64,000 nucleotides of DNA from an uncultured euryarchaeote (GTDB taxonomy: Archaea > Thermoplasmatota > Poseidoniia > Poseidoniales > Poseidoniaceae), in NCBI GenBank assembly GCA_937892945.1, contig CALBIL010000039.1, forward strand, positions 5,272 through 69,271, in the 5' to 3' direction. The notes under the pieces were generated by a model that had not been told where the DNA came from, ran no database searches, and was given only the letters and a program-made list of their open reading frames with translations. The position numbers were made by a program, and so were the translations under genes. The first letter of the stretch is position 1; every line of letters begins with the position of its first letter. This document shows positions 1 to 10,074 of this stretch, piece after piece.

Positions 1-1772
1 ATACGTAATGCATTGAGGATTTCAGTACGCTCGAGTGTATCGATTTCTGAATGCAGATGATGTGCTTTTACACCCATCTTATTGAGGTATTGCGCGACTT
101 CTTCAGCGAATTTAATGGTCAATACTGTCACTAAGGTCCTTTCCCCATTTTCAATACGGAGATTTATTTCTGATAATAAATCTGCAACTTGACCGCTTGT
201 AGGCCGTACTTCAATTTCCGGATCAAGTAAACCCGTCGGGCGTATCTCCATTTTTGCAATGCCGTCTATTTTCTGTACCATGTGATACAAACTCTCACTG
301 TCAGGGTGCTTCTTTTCAATGTCTGGTTGGCCAGCACCACCTCCTGATTTGGCATGGAGGAGGCCATTTGGAAGTGGTTGATTGGTAATTTCACACAGAT
401 GGCGTAGTTCCCGTTCCCCCGGTGTTGCAGATACATAGACCATTTGCGGAATCAGTTTTTGAAACTCAGGAATCTTAAGTGGGCGATTGTCGATTGCAGT
501 TGGGAGTCTAAAACCGTGCTCAACAAGACTTTCTTTTCTTGAACGGTCTCCGTAGTACATGCCGCCAACTTGAGGGAGGGTGACGTGTGATTCATCCATG
601 ATGACGAGGAACTTGTCAGGGCTGCCATGAAATTGTTTGGCACACGCCGCGAAAAAGTCAAGCAGGCAATAGGGTCGTTGTCCTCGTTCTCGTCCATCAA
701 AGTGAAGAGAGTAGTTTTCCATTGATTGGCAATGACCGATTTCACGAATCATTTCCAAATCATATCGAGTTCTTTGTTCGATCCGGTGGCGTTCCAATTC
801 ATGACCGAGACTCGAATAATGGGCAATCCGGTCATCAAGTTCATCTTCGATTGAAACCAACGCTTCTTCATAACGTTCTGGACTGGTCATGAAAAATTCT
901 TTTGGATGAATCCATGCTTCATCGAGTGTGTCGAGAACTTCCCATGTAACGGGGTCGCATACCTGGACTTTCGTCACGCCATCGAAATCAAATTGAATTC
1001 GAAGTGGGTCATCACGGCTCGGCATCCAAACATCGAGCACCTCACCTCGCAAACGACATTCTCCACGAGAGAGGTCGACGGTTGTACGTTTGTATTGCAG
1101 TACGATGAGTTCTTTCAGTAAATCACTTGTCTCAATGTTTTGGCCTACGTGAACTCGAACGTGATATTCAAGGAATGTTTCAGGGGGGTTCAATCCATAA
1201 ATACACGACACAGAAGACACGATGACGCAATCTGGACGTGTAACCAATGAGGCGATTGTAGCAAAGCGTTCTTGCTCAATGCGTTCATTGATTGAAAGTT
1301 CTTTATCGATGTATAGATCACGTTTTGCCAAATATGCTTCAGGCTGATAATAGTCATAATGTGAAACGAAATAATCGACGGCATTCTCAGGAAAATAGCC
1401 AGCCATTTCTTGGTGTAATTGGCGAGCAAGTGTTTTGTTATGGCTGATGATGAGTGTTGGAATGTTGAGGTGTTGGATTACTTGTGCCATGGCATAGGTT
1501 TTCCCACTTCCAGTGACGCCGAGAAGTACGGCTCTCTCTTGGCCATTTTCCAATTGAGAAATCAATTTTTCAATTGCTTTTGGTTGGTCTCCAGAAGGTT
1601 CGAACTCGGAATGAAGTCGGAGACGTTTAACATCGGGGTGTAAATGTTCCAATGCTGCGCCTTCAAGGGCTTTAGAAAGGTCGAAGGGGTCTCTTTCAGT
1701 CAGGTCACCTTGCCCAACATCGATATCAGCCATCTTCTCGAAGGCTCCATCATTATCCCATTGTTTTACCAT
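1..1772 (-). CDS. uvrB: Excinuclease ABC subunit B (3' end runs off the window; absent from the ORF track)
   Basis: Manual translation from ATG at 1772 (SD GGAGGTGA upstream): FEPSGDQP, LLGVTGSGKT, HNKTLA, YFVSHYDYYQPEAY, MDESH, HGFRLP..DNRPL, VSATPG, RPTGLLDP, HSEIDTLER; the start and the window edge are in the same frame. Confidence 0.97.
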   Translation of the reverse strand, partial: MVKQWDNDGAFEKMADIDVGQGDLTERDPFDLSKALEGAALEHLHPDVKRLRLHSEFEPSGDQPKAIEKLISQLENGQERAVLLGVTGSGKTYAMAQVIQHLNIPTLIISHNKTLARQLHQEMAGYFPENAVDYFVSHYDYYQPEAYLAKRDLYIDKELSINERIEQERFATIASLVTRPDCVIVSSVSCIYGLNPPETFLEYHVRVHVGQNIETSDLLKELIVLQYKRTTVDLSRGECRLRGEVLDVWMPSRDDPLRIQFDFDGVTKVQVCDPVTWEVLDTLDEAWIHPKEFFMTSPERYEEALVSIEDELDDRIAHYSSLGHELERHRIEQRTRYDLEMIREIGHCQSMENYSLHFDGRERGQRPYCLLDFFAACAKQFHGSPDKFLVIMDESHVTLPQVGGMYYGDRSRKESLVEHGFRLPTAIDNRPLKIPEFQKLIPQMVYVSATPGERELRHLCEITNQPLPNGLLHAKSGGGAGQPDIEKKHPDSESLYHMVQKIDGIAKMEIRPTGLLDPEIEVRPTSGQVADLLSEINLRIENGERTLVTVLTIKFAEEVAQYLNKMGVKAHHLHSEIDTLERTEILNALR

Positions 1773-1828
1773 AGACTCACCTCCGTTGTTCTATCATACT
1801 GAGCCAACAGGTCTTCAACTGTTCAGTC

Positions 1829-2560
1829 TCACGGGAGATAGAGTCCACCGTTGACATGGAGTATTGCTCCCGTGATGTATCTTGAATCTTGGCCTACCAA
1901 AAAGGAAATCGTTCCGGCCATATCTTCTGGTGTACCTACACGTTTGAGGGGTACCTGTTGTTCGCGTTGATCTCGCTTTTCTTTGGAATCTCCGGCAAGA
2001 ATTGCGGTATCGACAAAGCCAGGTGCCAGGACATTGACTCGCTTTCCTTCAGGTCCAACAGCTTGTGCAAGTGAACGAGCCCATGTTGAAAGGGCCGCTT
2101 TGGAAGCAGAATAATCTGCACCATGCGGTGAACCTTTGGTACCGAGTTGTGAACCGACAACGACCATTCGGGCCTCTGGGGTAAGGTGAGGTTGAACTGC
2201 TTTCCAGACCGAAACAGCTCCTTCAAAATTCGTCATCATGGTGCGGCGTAACATTTCCATGGTCAATTCATCTGCAGAAACACGTTCGTATGAGCCATGG
2301 TTGAGAACCAATACATCAATTCCACGAGCCATCCACGGATGAATTCCGAGAAGTCCAACTTCTCCAGTGTCTGAACAATCAACTTTGACAGCCAGTGCAT
2401 CATCTCCACCGTCTCGAATTTCTTCAACGACCATTTCTGCAGGTTTAGAAGAGGTATTGTATGTCAACAATACATCATAGCCATCCTTTGCAAGACGTTT
2501 TGATGTCGCAGCACCGATGCCTCGGCCACCTCCGGTAATCAGTGCAACGGGGCGGGACAT
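1829..2560 (-). CDS. Short-chain dehydrogenase/reductase (FabG-like)
   Basis: TGGGRGIG, YSASK, VNVLAPGFVDT, YITGAILHVNGG. Confidence 0.92.
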   Translation of the reverse strand: MSRPVALITGGGRGIGAATSKRLAKDGYDVLLTYNTSSKPAEMVVEEIRDGGDDALAVKVDCSDTGEVGLLGIHPWMARGIDVLVLNHGSYERVSADELTMEMLRRTMMTNFEGAVSVWKAVQPHLTPEARMVVVGSQLGTKGSPHGADYSASKAALSTWARSLAQAVGPEGKRVNVLAPGFVDTAILAGDSKEKRDQREQQVPLKRVGTPEDMAGTISFLVGQDSRYITGAILHVNGGLYLP

Positions 2561-2636
2561 AGATGTCCCAATAGCCCAAACATCATCAAACTTCCATTTG
2601 ACGAGTATGCTTAGAAGAGTAAGATTTTCGCTGAAT

Positions 2637-4298
2637 TCATTGACAAGATGAATCTGAATTCAGTTGAATAAAGTGGAACGAACGTTGATTCATTACAAAT
2701 TTGGACAACTCGAATGTCGTTCCACTGAAGTCACCTTCTGCGATGAGTTGCCATGGGTTTGAGGCATTCTCAACCATTCCCCAATGTTCCCAAGCATAGT
2801 TGCAATCATCATTCAATCCATCCACAGAGAGATTTACCGTATCGTTAAATTCACTAAAAGCATTAGGTTGATCGGCATTTTCATCTACGTAACGTGAGAG
2901 TAATATGCTTATTTTTGAACCATTTTCAGATTTACCAGCCAATATATTAAATTCATTGGAATCGATAGAATCGGATCCAAAACCGCCTTCATTTTGCAAT
3001 CGAATCGGTGTATTCACCACCATCTCACTGTAGACGCTCCAGGTGATTCCAGGTGGTTTGATTTGCATGTTTTCTCCCCAAAAGAAACTTCTTGCAGCGA
3101 AGAAATGTGCCATTTTTAGGGTATTGACGCCATGGGACGAATTCCCGGCATTTCCTTCCCATAGATCGTTGTAGATGGTCAATACGCTGGTTAAATAGGC
3201 TTGACTGGCAGGACTGTGCGCATATACTGGAATGTTTCTATTCCATTCGGTAATGTAGACTGGAGTATTTTCTGAATAGCCATATTTTGCTAAAAAGACA
3301 CCGAGTGATTCAGTTGGGTGGGTAAAAAAATACGTTGTTTGAGAGGGGTTAATGCGGTATAAGTGGACATAAACAGCATCGATTGGTTCGTTATTTTGTT
3401 GAGCTAATTCTAAAAACCGTTCTGAAAACTCTATGCTATTTTTCCCGATTGTGATCGCAGCAATAACCTCAATTTCATCTCCGAACTCATCGGTAACTGC
3501 TGTGTTAACTGCGTGATAGAGTTCATAGTATTCATCCGCAGTACCACTCCACCAATCTGATAAATACGGTTCATTCCAAACTTCGACTGCGTCAAAACTA
3601 TCAAAATAAAACCCTTCATTCCAACCTTCACGATAATGTTTCAAGACTTGGACTGCAGCTTGTGCAAATACAGTAAAATTATCCGGTGGGCTTCTCCAGT
3701 CCGAACACTCTTCGTACGATGGGTATGCTTTGGGATAGCCGAGTCTCCAATATACGCTGGTATGGGTTGTAGCCATGGTTGCTTGAACCCTCTGGTCAGT
3801 CTCTGAGAAATTATAATTCGACATGTTAAGGGGGTCGTATCCGTCATACACTGGAACTCCATTTTCGTCAGCATGGACCCATATTCGATTCATATCTCCG
3901 GGGCCTTCACCATGAGTGCGAGATGATGGAATTTGCATTTGGTTGTATTCGTCAGTATAATTGGAACCATACCAAATGTGCTGACAACCCTCTATTTCCC
4001 ATGTTTTGAGAACCAGTGGGCCGTTATTGACACCATGTATTGGCGCAATTCGGCCGAATTCTTCATCGGAATGAATCGTTGCGGTTAGATTTGCAGGGTC
4101 TATGTTCGGATATTCACATGAATCATCCTCACTGTTCGCTTGAGGATTGTAATTGAGTGCGCCCTCATCCATGCACCCCAAGACTTCAGTAATTTCTCCA
4201 TCACCGTCTGAAGAATCACCTGCATTACCCCCATCGCCATAACAGCCAGGTAAAAGAATCATAATTGAGAATAAAAATACGCAAACTACTCTTTTCAC
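2637..4298 (-). CDS. Lipoprotein glycoside hydrolase, clan GH-A (GH39-like beta-xylosidase)
   Basis: Lipobox-like LLPGC; GCMDEGALNYNPQA..DDSCEY repeat; acid/base EVWNEP, HLY, nucleophile ITEWN; C-terminal beta-rich domain. Confidence 0.78.
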   Translation of the reverse strand: MKRVVCVFLFSIMILLPGCYGDGGNAGDSSDGDGEITEVLGCMDEGALNYNPQANSEDDSCEYPNIDPANLTATIHSDEEFGRIAPIHGVNNGPLVLKTWEIEGCQHIWYGSNYTDEYNQMQIPSSRTHGEGPGDMNRIWVHADENGVPVYDGYDPLNMSNYNFSETDQRVQATMATTHTSVYWRLGYPKAYPSYEECSDWRSPPDNFTVFAQAAVQVLKHYREGWNEGFYFDSFDAVEVWNEPYLSDWWSGTADEYYELYHAVNTAVTDEFGDEIEVIAAITIGKNSIEFSERFLELAQQNNEPIDAVYVHLYRINPSQTTYFFTHPTESLGVFLAKYGYSENTPVYITEWNRNIPVYAHSPASQAYLTSVLTIYNDLWEGNAGNSSHGVNTLKMAHFFAARSFFWGENMQIKPPGITWSVYSEMVVNTPIRLQNEGGFGSDSIDSNEFNILAGKSENGSKISILLSRYVDENADQPNAFSEFNDTVNLSVDGLNDDCNYAWEHWGMVENASNPWQLIAEGDFSGTTFELSKFVMNQRSFHFIQLNSDSSCQ

Positions 4299-4541
4299 GC
4301 TAATCCGTTGTTTAAAGTGCTAATGAATGCTTCCATACGACCGATGGGAATCAGGATAAATCTGGTGGGTAGCACTAGAGATGTATGTTTCCAACCGTAG
4401 CGATGTGTACACAGACGTGGAGCCTTCTTTTCGGGTTGAATCGGATAGAAAGAGAGGTTACATCAATTCTCAAGAGTTCATGAGAACTGCTGGATGAGTC
4501 ATTTCCAATCCTTGAAGTATCTCAGGCGAGGGCAATGCTTC

Positions 4542-6041
4542 ATGGCATCCGAAGGCATCAACCAAGATCTCGCCCCGGAGACCTTTGGAAAACATACCCT
4601 GAAGCCCTTACGAGCCTCTCGTGGGACATTGCTCCTTCTCGTCACAGTCATGCTTTGGCTGTATCGGAATCACTTCCAACCGGTCAATGTCATCATCGTA
4701 ATTCTTGGATTCGTGTGGCTCGCACTCAAGGGACTCTCCAAAACTTCACTTTTTACAAAGAACGAAACAAGTGGTGAAAAGCCTACGCTCAAAAGGAAAG
4801 CCAGGCTTATAACGTTCCTTATCGCAGGATTCTTTACTTTTGTCATCATTTCAGCCACCCTTTTCATTAATATTTCACCTCAAGTCGGTGGTGATTCACT
4901 CGATTATGATTCTTTGAATTACAGAGATGGAGCATTCCAAAACTTGATTCCGACCGATGTTTCCTCGGAAAACAGTTCGTTTTGGGAGACGATGGCTGCT
5001 TACATGGTGAGCGGTGAACAAAGATCTCCAGGTGCGCCCCTTCCTACCAAAGAGTTCATTCTGGAACCCCTTGAATCCGAGGAAATAAGTGTGACATGGT
5101 TCGGCCATTCTACAATTCTCATACGTTCAAATAATGTTACAATCCTTACTGACCCACTCGTTGGTGAGGATAATATGGACCCGCTCTTCTTTGGTCCGAG
5201 TCCGTTTTCACTTGAATTCAGTTACGAACTCGAAGATCTTCCTCCAATTGATTACGTGCTTATTTCTCATGACCATTATGACCACCTCGATATGGGTGCA
5301 ATCAAGGAACTTCGAGATTCAAAATTCTATGTTCCACTCGGGATTAAAGCTCATCTCTTGAGATGGAATGTTCCCGGAGAAAATGTCCAAGAATTGGATT
5401 GGTATGATGAGGTCAATGTTTCAGAGCATTTGGGTTTCGCGCTCACTCCCGCTCAGCATTTCAGTGGCCGTTCACTGTTCAACAGTGATTCTACCTTGTG
5501 GGGGTCATGGGTCATTGAACTTCAGAATCAATCTCTCTTCTTCAGTGGTGACAGTGGTTACACGGAAGAGTTCAAGACGATTGGAGAAAAGTACGGCCCC
5601 TTTGATATAGCATTCCTTGAGTCAGGCCAATACAATCAGGCTTGGGAGAACATCCACATGTTTCCTGAACAAGTCGTTCAAGCAGGAATTGACCTGAACA
5701 CATCAGTAATCTTACCGATTCATAATTCCAAATACACCCTTGCTCTTCATTCATGGGATGAACCGCTTGAGAGAGTCTCAGGGGAAGGTGAAAGAAGGAA
5801 TATGAGTGTAGCAACCCCAATGATTGGAGAGACATTCATTCTGGGCGGTCCTATTCCGAATGATGCATGGTGGTTGAATGTGTCCAATGCCTCGCCTTCA
5901 TTCTTAGAAAGCAATTCTTTTGTTGGGTATCTGCTTCCACCCCTTGCCGTTGTTGGTATGTTCTGGATGTTCACTGAGCGTAATGAGCGCTCAAGAACGG
6001 AGGAAAAGAACGGCCTCCAAAACGCCCCTGAAGAAGAATAG
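4542..6041 (+). CDS. Membrane-anchored MBL-fold metallohydrolase (NAPE-PLD/RomA-like)
   Basis: TWFGHST, ISHDHYDHLD, PAQHFSGR, FFSGDSGY, IHMFPE, PIH; N- and C-terminal TM helices; start placed at ATG 4542 (ORF track begins 4494). Confidence 0.88.
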   Translation: MASEGINQDLAPETFGKHTLKPLRASRGTLLLLVTVMLWLYRNHFQPVNVIIVILGFVWLALKGLSKTSLFTKNETSGEKPTLKRKARLITFLIAGFFTFVIISATLFINISPQVGGDSLDYDSLNYRDGAFQNLIPTDVSSENSSFWETMAAYMVSGEQRSPGAPLPTKEFILEPLESEEISVTWFGHSTILIRSNNVTILTDPLVGEDNMDPLFFGPSPFSLEFSYELEDLPPIDYVLISHDHYDHLDMGAIKELRDSKFYVPLGIKAHLLRWNVPGENVQELDWYDEVNVSEHLGFALTPAQHFSGRSLFNSDSTLWGSWVIELQNQSLFFSGDSGYTEEFKTIGEKYGPFDIAFLESGQYNQAWENIHMFPEQVVQAGIDLNTSVILPIHNSKYTLALHSWDEPLERVSGEGERRNMSVATPMIGETFILGGPIPNDAWWLNVSNASPSFLESNSFVGYLLPPLAVVGMFWMFTERNERSRTEEKNGLQNAPEEE

Positions 6042-6071
6042 ACTCTTGTTCAAGGTTGAATATAAGTTGGT

Positions 6072-6449
6072 TCATTCAAGAAACTGGGCTAACTGGGGTG
6101 GTTGCCAGCCTTCTGGTTTGAGCACTTTCCCATCATCGCGTCGGATGACTTTTCCATCGACAAGTTTGGCCATATTTGAGCGGTGAACTTCGTTGAAGGC
6201 ATCGTCGTAAATCTTCTGCATGCCGTGGTTGATGATGGTTCCAGCAAGGATGTAACCAATGTCTGCAAGTGCATCGAGTACTTCGACCATATCGCCGGCA
6301 CGAGCGGCTTCTGCGTATTCTTCAACTTCTTCACGGAGCAATTTAATTCGCAGTTCAATCATTTCATCTGTGCCAAGTCCTGGCGAATCGAGTTTTGGGA
6401 TTTCAAAGGCTTCATTGAATTCAAGCAGTGATTTGACAAGAGGGTTCAT
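6072..6449 (-). CDS. MazG-like/PRA-PH family NTP pyrophosphohydrolase (DR2231-like, probable dUTPase)
   Basis: EEVEE..DALAD, EVHRSNMAK, DGKVLKPEGW. Confidence 0.88.
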   Translation of the reverse strand: MNPLVKSLLEFNEAFEIPKLDSPGLGTDEMIELRIKLLREEVEEYAEAARAGDMVEVLDALADIGYILAGTIINHGMQKIYDDAFNEVHRSNMAKLVDGKVIRRDDGKVLKPEGWQPPQLAQFLE

Positions 6450-6535
6450 GATTTACGGTGAGCCGTTGAAGCACATCAACCTTCCACAGGTGTGGTGTGG
6501 TAACGGTCATCGACGTCTTCTCGAATTTGAAACAT

Positions 6536-7459
6536 TTAGTCCAACATGAATTCAGGGCTAGGCTCAAGCATAAAGCCGATGATCAGTGCAAGGAGAAGCG
6601 CCCATCCTGTCAACATGGATGCACGGAACAAGACCGTTTGGAAATCCTCGAACTTCTCTTTTGCCAATACAACCCAGATGTTCAACACCGCCATCACTCC
6701 TGCAGCAGCAAGGAACCAAACTCCATCAACCGGATTGGCCACAGCAAAGCAAGCAAACCAAACCAACGTCAACTGTACGGTTGTCCGTGTTGTTGCCTTT
6801 TCTCCGAACTTTGAGGGGAACGAGTGTACGCCGCTAATACGGTCACTCTCGACGTCCATTCGTGCGTAATTGATGTCAAATGCAGTAATCCACAAAGTAA
6901 CTCCTAAAGAGATTGGTAGGATGGTTGAAGCCCACAAGAGTTCAGTGTGGGAGTCAAACATACCTGTAATGGCAGCCCAGCCGTGTATGTCCGCTGCTAG
7001 AGCAACCCAGGCTCCCGCAGGGGCTAGGCCCAAACACAGGCCAAGCCAAAGGTGGCACAGCCAAGTGTATCGCTTCATGTAAGGGTAGATGACGAAGACG
7101 AGAACAGGTAGCCAAGACATCATGAGTGCAACAGGGTTGAGAAGGCCAGCACCGATGAGTAGCATGGCCAAGAACACGGCGCAAAGCGTCCATGCCGTTT
7201 GAAGGCTCATTTCACCCGAGGCCAGATGGCGGCCTTCTGTTCGAGGATTTGCCGCATCAATGTCTCGGTCAATAATACGATTCAGTGCCATGGCAAGTCC
7301 TCTTGCCCCGACAGCTGCAAGAAGAATCCAGAGTAAATCTATACTCGGGGAAATATTGAATTGCTCAAGGGCGATGAAATAACCGATAAGGACAAACGGG
7401 AGGGAGAACAGCGTGTGCTCAATTTTAATGAACGAGAGAATCTGTTTGAAATCCATCAC
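6536..7459 (-). CDS. ubiA: UbiA-family prenyltransferase (MqnP-like)
   Basis: IKIEHTLFSLPF, NRIIDRDIDAANPRT, YPYMKR, FDINYARMD; multi-TM; overlaps the ubiD stop. Confidence 0.9.
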   Translation of the reverse strand: MMDFKQILSFIKIEHTLFSLPFVLIGYFIALEQFNISPSIDLLWILLAAVGARGLAMALNRIIDRDIDAANPRTEGRHLASGEMSLQTAWTLCAVFLAMLLIGAGLLNPVALMMSWLPVLVFVIYPYMKRYTWLCHLWLGLCLGLAPAGAWVALAADIHGWAAITGMFDSHTELLWASTILPISLGVTLWITAFDINYARMDVESDRISGVHSFPSKFGEKATTRTTVQLTLVWFACFAVANPVDGVWFLAAAGVMAVLNIWVVLAKEKFEDFQTVLFRASMLTGWALLLALIIGFMLEPSPEFMLD

Positions 7460-9423
7460 TCATCCCCTCCAAACGAGAGGTGCGGTGGCCATTGATATGC
7501 TTCCAATTCAGGATGTTGCCTCACCTTCTCAAGTGTTTCTGGGGAATGTAAGGTGATCGAGGGCCATCTGCGAACGCCATGCTCAACTGAAGGTATTGGG
7601 GTTGTGGCATCCCAACAAAGACGTTGCTTCTGGTCATCAAAGGTGAGGCCCCTCCCTACATCGAATCGCGAGGTAAGTTGCCATAAGAGTCGCCGACGTG
7701 CTTTTTCGCAATGTAAGTCAAGGTCGTCATTGGTGATAAAGAGCCAGCGGAGAGAAGAAGAACTATCCAATTGCCAAATTGATTTACGCAATTGAGATAT
7801 ACGCGCTCTTCTTGCTCCTTCTGCATCATCATTCGACGCTTCTTGACCGTCTTGAGGTGTTGGTGAGTTTTCGATATGGGTCGAGACGACCATGATGCTG
7901 TCTCGTAGCATACGTGCATCGGCTACTTCGTCGAGTTTGAGAACATCTTCTAGGCTAGAGAATCCAGGGGCTTTGCCTTTGCCTTGCCTCCATTCAGGTG
8001 TAGGTTGTGAATAGGAACCCTCGAGTGGTTCAGCATCTGAACGGGGATCACGTTGAGCGAGTGTTGTCGCATCGATGAGGAGTTTGCTGTGGACGTTTTC
8101 GTATGGGCTTGCAGCCTCGAGTGAATCGGCCACCATTCCATCGAGTACCAGCACATCAGTTGCAATGTCCACTTTCGAATTCAAAGCATCAAGAAGTGCC
8201 TCTAAATCTTTTGGATTGTGGTTCTCATCGACAGCGATAATTGTTTTGAGGAACATCATTTGTCCAGCACCCAAGAGACCAAGTGCAGTTTTTCTGCCTT
8301 GGCGCGGGTACCGTTGTTTCGAAGCAACAATGGCTAAATTATGGAATCCAGTTTCCATTGGAAGGTGAACGCTCTTGACATCTCGATGTTGGAAATTAAG
8401 GACGGGAGAAAACTGTTGACCAATCGCTTCTCCGAGATGCCCATCTTCCATAGGAGGTAGGCCAACGATCGTTGCAGCCAGTACGGCATCTTTCCGACAG
8501 GTAATGGCAGTAACATGCATGACGGGATACTGTCCAGTCAATGAGTAGAATCCGAAATGGTCGCCAAACGGACCTTCAAGTCGAGTCTCACCAGGTATGC
8601 AATAGCCTTCAATCACGATATCTGCCTCTGCAGGCACCATCAAGTCTTGAGTGAGAGCTTTGGTGATTGGCAATGACTTACGCCCTAATATACCAGCAAA
8701 CTGGTATTCGCTCAGGTTATCGGGCAGTGGGGAGATGGCTGAAAAAATCAATTCTGGGGGCCCGCCCATGCAAATCGCAACAGGCATTCGTCCATCCCCT
8801 CCCGCTTCTTTCACCGCCGCAGCATGATCTGCTCCATGCTTGTGAATTTGCCAATGCAGTCCTATTTCCTTCGGACCAAAGACTTGAGCGCGGTACATGC
8901 CGAGATTGTGTTCACCGCTTTTAGGATCCTTGGTGACAACCAGGGGCAGGGTGACAAACGGACCTCCATCCTTGGGCCATGTTGTTGGAATAGGCAGCCG
9001 CGTTAAATCGAGTGGTAATTGTACCCTCTGACAATTTCCTTTGCGTTTTTTCTTCGGTGGCATGGCGAGAGCATCCCGGATCAATGGGAGTCCCTTCCAG
9101 GGTTTGCGCATGTAGAGCCCGATATCTGGCTTCATCATGGCAACCATACGGTCGCCAATTTCAGTAGGGTGTGCTGCGCCAAGTGCGCGAAGAGTGCGGT
9201 CTTGTCCTCCAAACAAATTCATTGCGAGTGGAATTTCGCTGATCGTGCCGTCGGGGAGTCGTGGTTGCTCAAACAATACGGCAGGACCATCGTTCTTGAC
9301 CAATAAATCGGCAATAGCGCCAGCTTCAAACTGAACGTCAACCGGACGCGTAATACGTAGGAGTTCGCCACCCTGCTCAAGATGTTCGAGCCACCGCTTG
9401 GAAGTTCGCCACGCCACAACCAA
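7456..9423 (-). CDS. ubiD: UbiD-family decarboxylase (menaquinone MqnL-like)
   Basis: WPKDGGPFVTLP, NLGMYR, WQIHKHG, EGPFGDHFGFY, PPMED; C-terminal extension; true start may be GTG 9417. Confidence 0.92.
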   Translation of the reverse strand: MVVAWRTSKRWLEHLEQGGELLRITRPVDVQFEAGAIADLLVKNDGPAVLFEQPRLPDGTISEIPLAMNLFGGQDRTLRALGAAHPTEIGDRMVAMMKPDIGLYMRKPWKGLPLIRDALAMPPKKKRKGNCQRVQLPLDLTRLPIPTTWPKDGGPFVTLPLVVTKDPKSGEHNLGMYRAQVFGPKEIGLHWQIHKHGADHAAAVKEAGGDGRMPVAICMGGPPELIFSAISPLPDNLSEYQFAGILGRKSLPITKALTQDLMVPAEADIVIEGYCIPGETRLEGPFGDHFGFYSLTGQYPVMHVTAITCRKDAVLAATIVGLPPMEDGHLGEAIGQQFSPVLNFQHRDVKSVHLPMETGFHNLAIVASKQRYPRQGRKTALGLLGAGQMMFLKTIIAVDENHNPKDLEALLDALNSKVDIATDVLVLDGMVADSLEAASPYENVHSKLLIDATTLAQRDPRSDAEPLEGSYSQPTPEWRQGKGKAPGFSSLEDVLKLDEVADARMLRDSIMVVSTHIENSPTPQDGQEASNDDAEGARRARISQLRKSIWQLDSSSSLRWLFITNDDLDLHCEKARRRLLWQLTSRFDVGRGLTFDDQKQRLCWDATTPIPSVEHGVRRWPSITLHSPETLEKVRQHPELEAYQWPPHLSFGGDE

Positions 9424-9528
9424 GCGTAATGGAACCTCCCTTTGAACCGTCGTATTCCTTCATAAGATTGTAAAATGGTTTGTGTATCGCATACATGCAT
9501 TGAAAACCCCTACCGGGTTTCAAAGGTT

Positions 9529-10005
9529 ATGAAATACGTATTCTTCGCCATAGTGCTGCTTCTTTTGAGTACTGGCCATGCCGCTGCAGAAAATGCTTCA
9601 ACGGATGTCGTCATCACAGTCGACAGTACAAATTTGCGTTTTAATCCATCAGAAGTAACGCTCCAAGAAGGACAAGCCGTTCGATTTGTCTGGGGCGGGC
9701 AAGCATTGCCCCACAATGCAGTAGCGAAGGATGGCTTATTCGATTCGGGAGACCCTTCTCGTGATGTTGACTATCGGTTTGTATTTGAAAACGGAACTGC
9801 AGGTGATTATGTGTTTGTCTGTGAGCCGCATGAGAATCTCGGCATGGTTGGTACCATCACCGTAGAGACAGCCCCCCTTCCTCCTCCCGAAGTTGTTGAA
9901 GATGAAGAAACGGAATCAGTTGAAGAAGTACCGGCTCTCTCTCTTCTTTCCTCGATTACAATGCTCGCCTTTGTCGCAGTTTTGCGACGTCCTGTTGAAG
10001 AATGA
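9529..10005 (+). CDS. Plastocyanin/halocyanin-type blue copper protein with C-terminal membrane anchor
   Basis: Signal peptide; type-1 Cu ligands HN...C-EP-H...M; C-terminal VPAL-hydrophobic-RR. Confidence 0.88.
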   Translation: MKYVFFAIVLLLLSTGHAAAENASTDVVITVDSTNLRFNPSEVTLQEGQAVRFVWGGQALPHNAVAKDGLFDSGDPSRDVDYRFVFENGTAGDYVFVCEPHENLGMVGTITVETAPLPPPEVVEDEETESVEEVPALSLLSSITMLAFVAVLRRPVEE

Positions 10006-10059
10006 ACGAGCCGTTTCAACCGTTTCTTTCATGGACTTGATTCGCCAGTTGATGTTCAT

Positions 10060-10069
10060 GGGGGGGGGG
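10060..10069 (+). repeat. G10 homopolymer 5 nt upstream of the GGR start codon
   Basis: ttcat-gggggggggg-cgaag-ATG. Confidence 0.95.
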
Positions 10070-10074
10070 CGAAG

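Noticed and set aside
1..1772. Apparent gene-free or pseudogene region with only short ORFs in the track
   Set aside because: It is uvrB; it is missing from the track only because its stop lies outside the window
4299..4541. Longest intergenic gap as a possible ncRNA
   Set aside because: Only short imperfect dyads and no tRNA or other recognisable fold; consistent with two divergent promoters
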